Shown: positions 63,783 to 64,000 of the stretch, piece by piece
Position numbering within the stretch: the first letter of the stretch is position 1
How the letters are laid out: every line of letters starts with the position of its first letter
Assembly (NCBI GenBank): GCA_964247055.1
Contig: OZ176054.1
Coordinates: 2,480,001 to 2,544,000 of the forward strand
DNA length: 64,000 nt
DNA from: Paragordius varius
Lineage: Eukaryota; Animalia; Nematomorpha
Direction: 5' to 3'
Translations under genes and position numbers: made by a program
The notes under the pieces: generated by a model
The model's input: the letters and a program-made list of their open reading frames with translations, nothing else
What the model was told of the DNA's origin: nothing
The model's database searches: none

Positions 63783-64000
63783 TATATTTTTAATATATGT
63801 CAAATTATAGCAAAGCATCATAAAAAGTTATTTAAAAAATGCATATTTTGCTTTTGAATATATATTTTAGCAAAATTTTTAGGGACGTGTTTTATGGTCC
63901 AAACGGTAACACTTTGAGATATTATAAAAATACTTTCATTATATAATACGATGGCTGTAAAAAAACTAGCCAATTTCAGAGCGTTCCAAAATTTTGGGAT

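Noticed and set aside
1-64000. Assignment to a specific taxon
   Set aside because: AT richness, micro-introns and gene content are compatible with several invertebrate lineages; a database search is needed.

Overview
Very AT-rich metazoan (invertebrate-like) genomic DNA with spliceosomal GT-AG introns; the species cannot be determined from the sequence. All gene models were assembled by hand and checked for splice phase. Genes: (1) the 3' exons of a GH13 alpha-glucosidase/maltase (415-1340,+); (2) an intronless orphan ORF (3219-4106,+); (3) two head-to-head prolyl 4-hydroxylase alpha-subunit paralogs, copy B (21259-36123,-, 528 aa) and copy A (38438-47871,+, 530 aa), produced by an inverted duplication that also copied the 3' end of PIGT (remnant at 20581-20770); (4) a complete 10-exon PIGT (48404-55543,-, 579 aa); (5) an ALMS-motif protein (55620-61722,+, 748 aa) divergent from PIGT across at most 76 bp; plus three low-confidence candidate genes. 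Highlights: both P4HA copies carry a pair of homologous 63-nt alternative exons, with a conserved 17-20 bp intronic RNA duplex around the first of them. Copy B keeps all Fe/2-oxoglutarate ligands but has replaced most predicted peptide-substrate contacts and has lost one alternative exon. PIGT needs a 23-nt intron and the glucosidase a 30-nt intron. Introns are packed with transposons: mariner, hAT/Buster, RTE, piggyBac-like and pogo-like MITEs, and at least four foldback-type families sharing CCATT termini, TA target sites and 21-bp periodic subterminal arrays. No rRNA, tRNA or CRISPR was seen. The 10-20 kb region could not be annotated convincingly.
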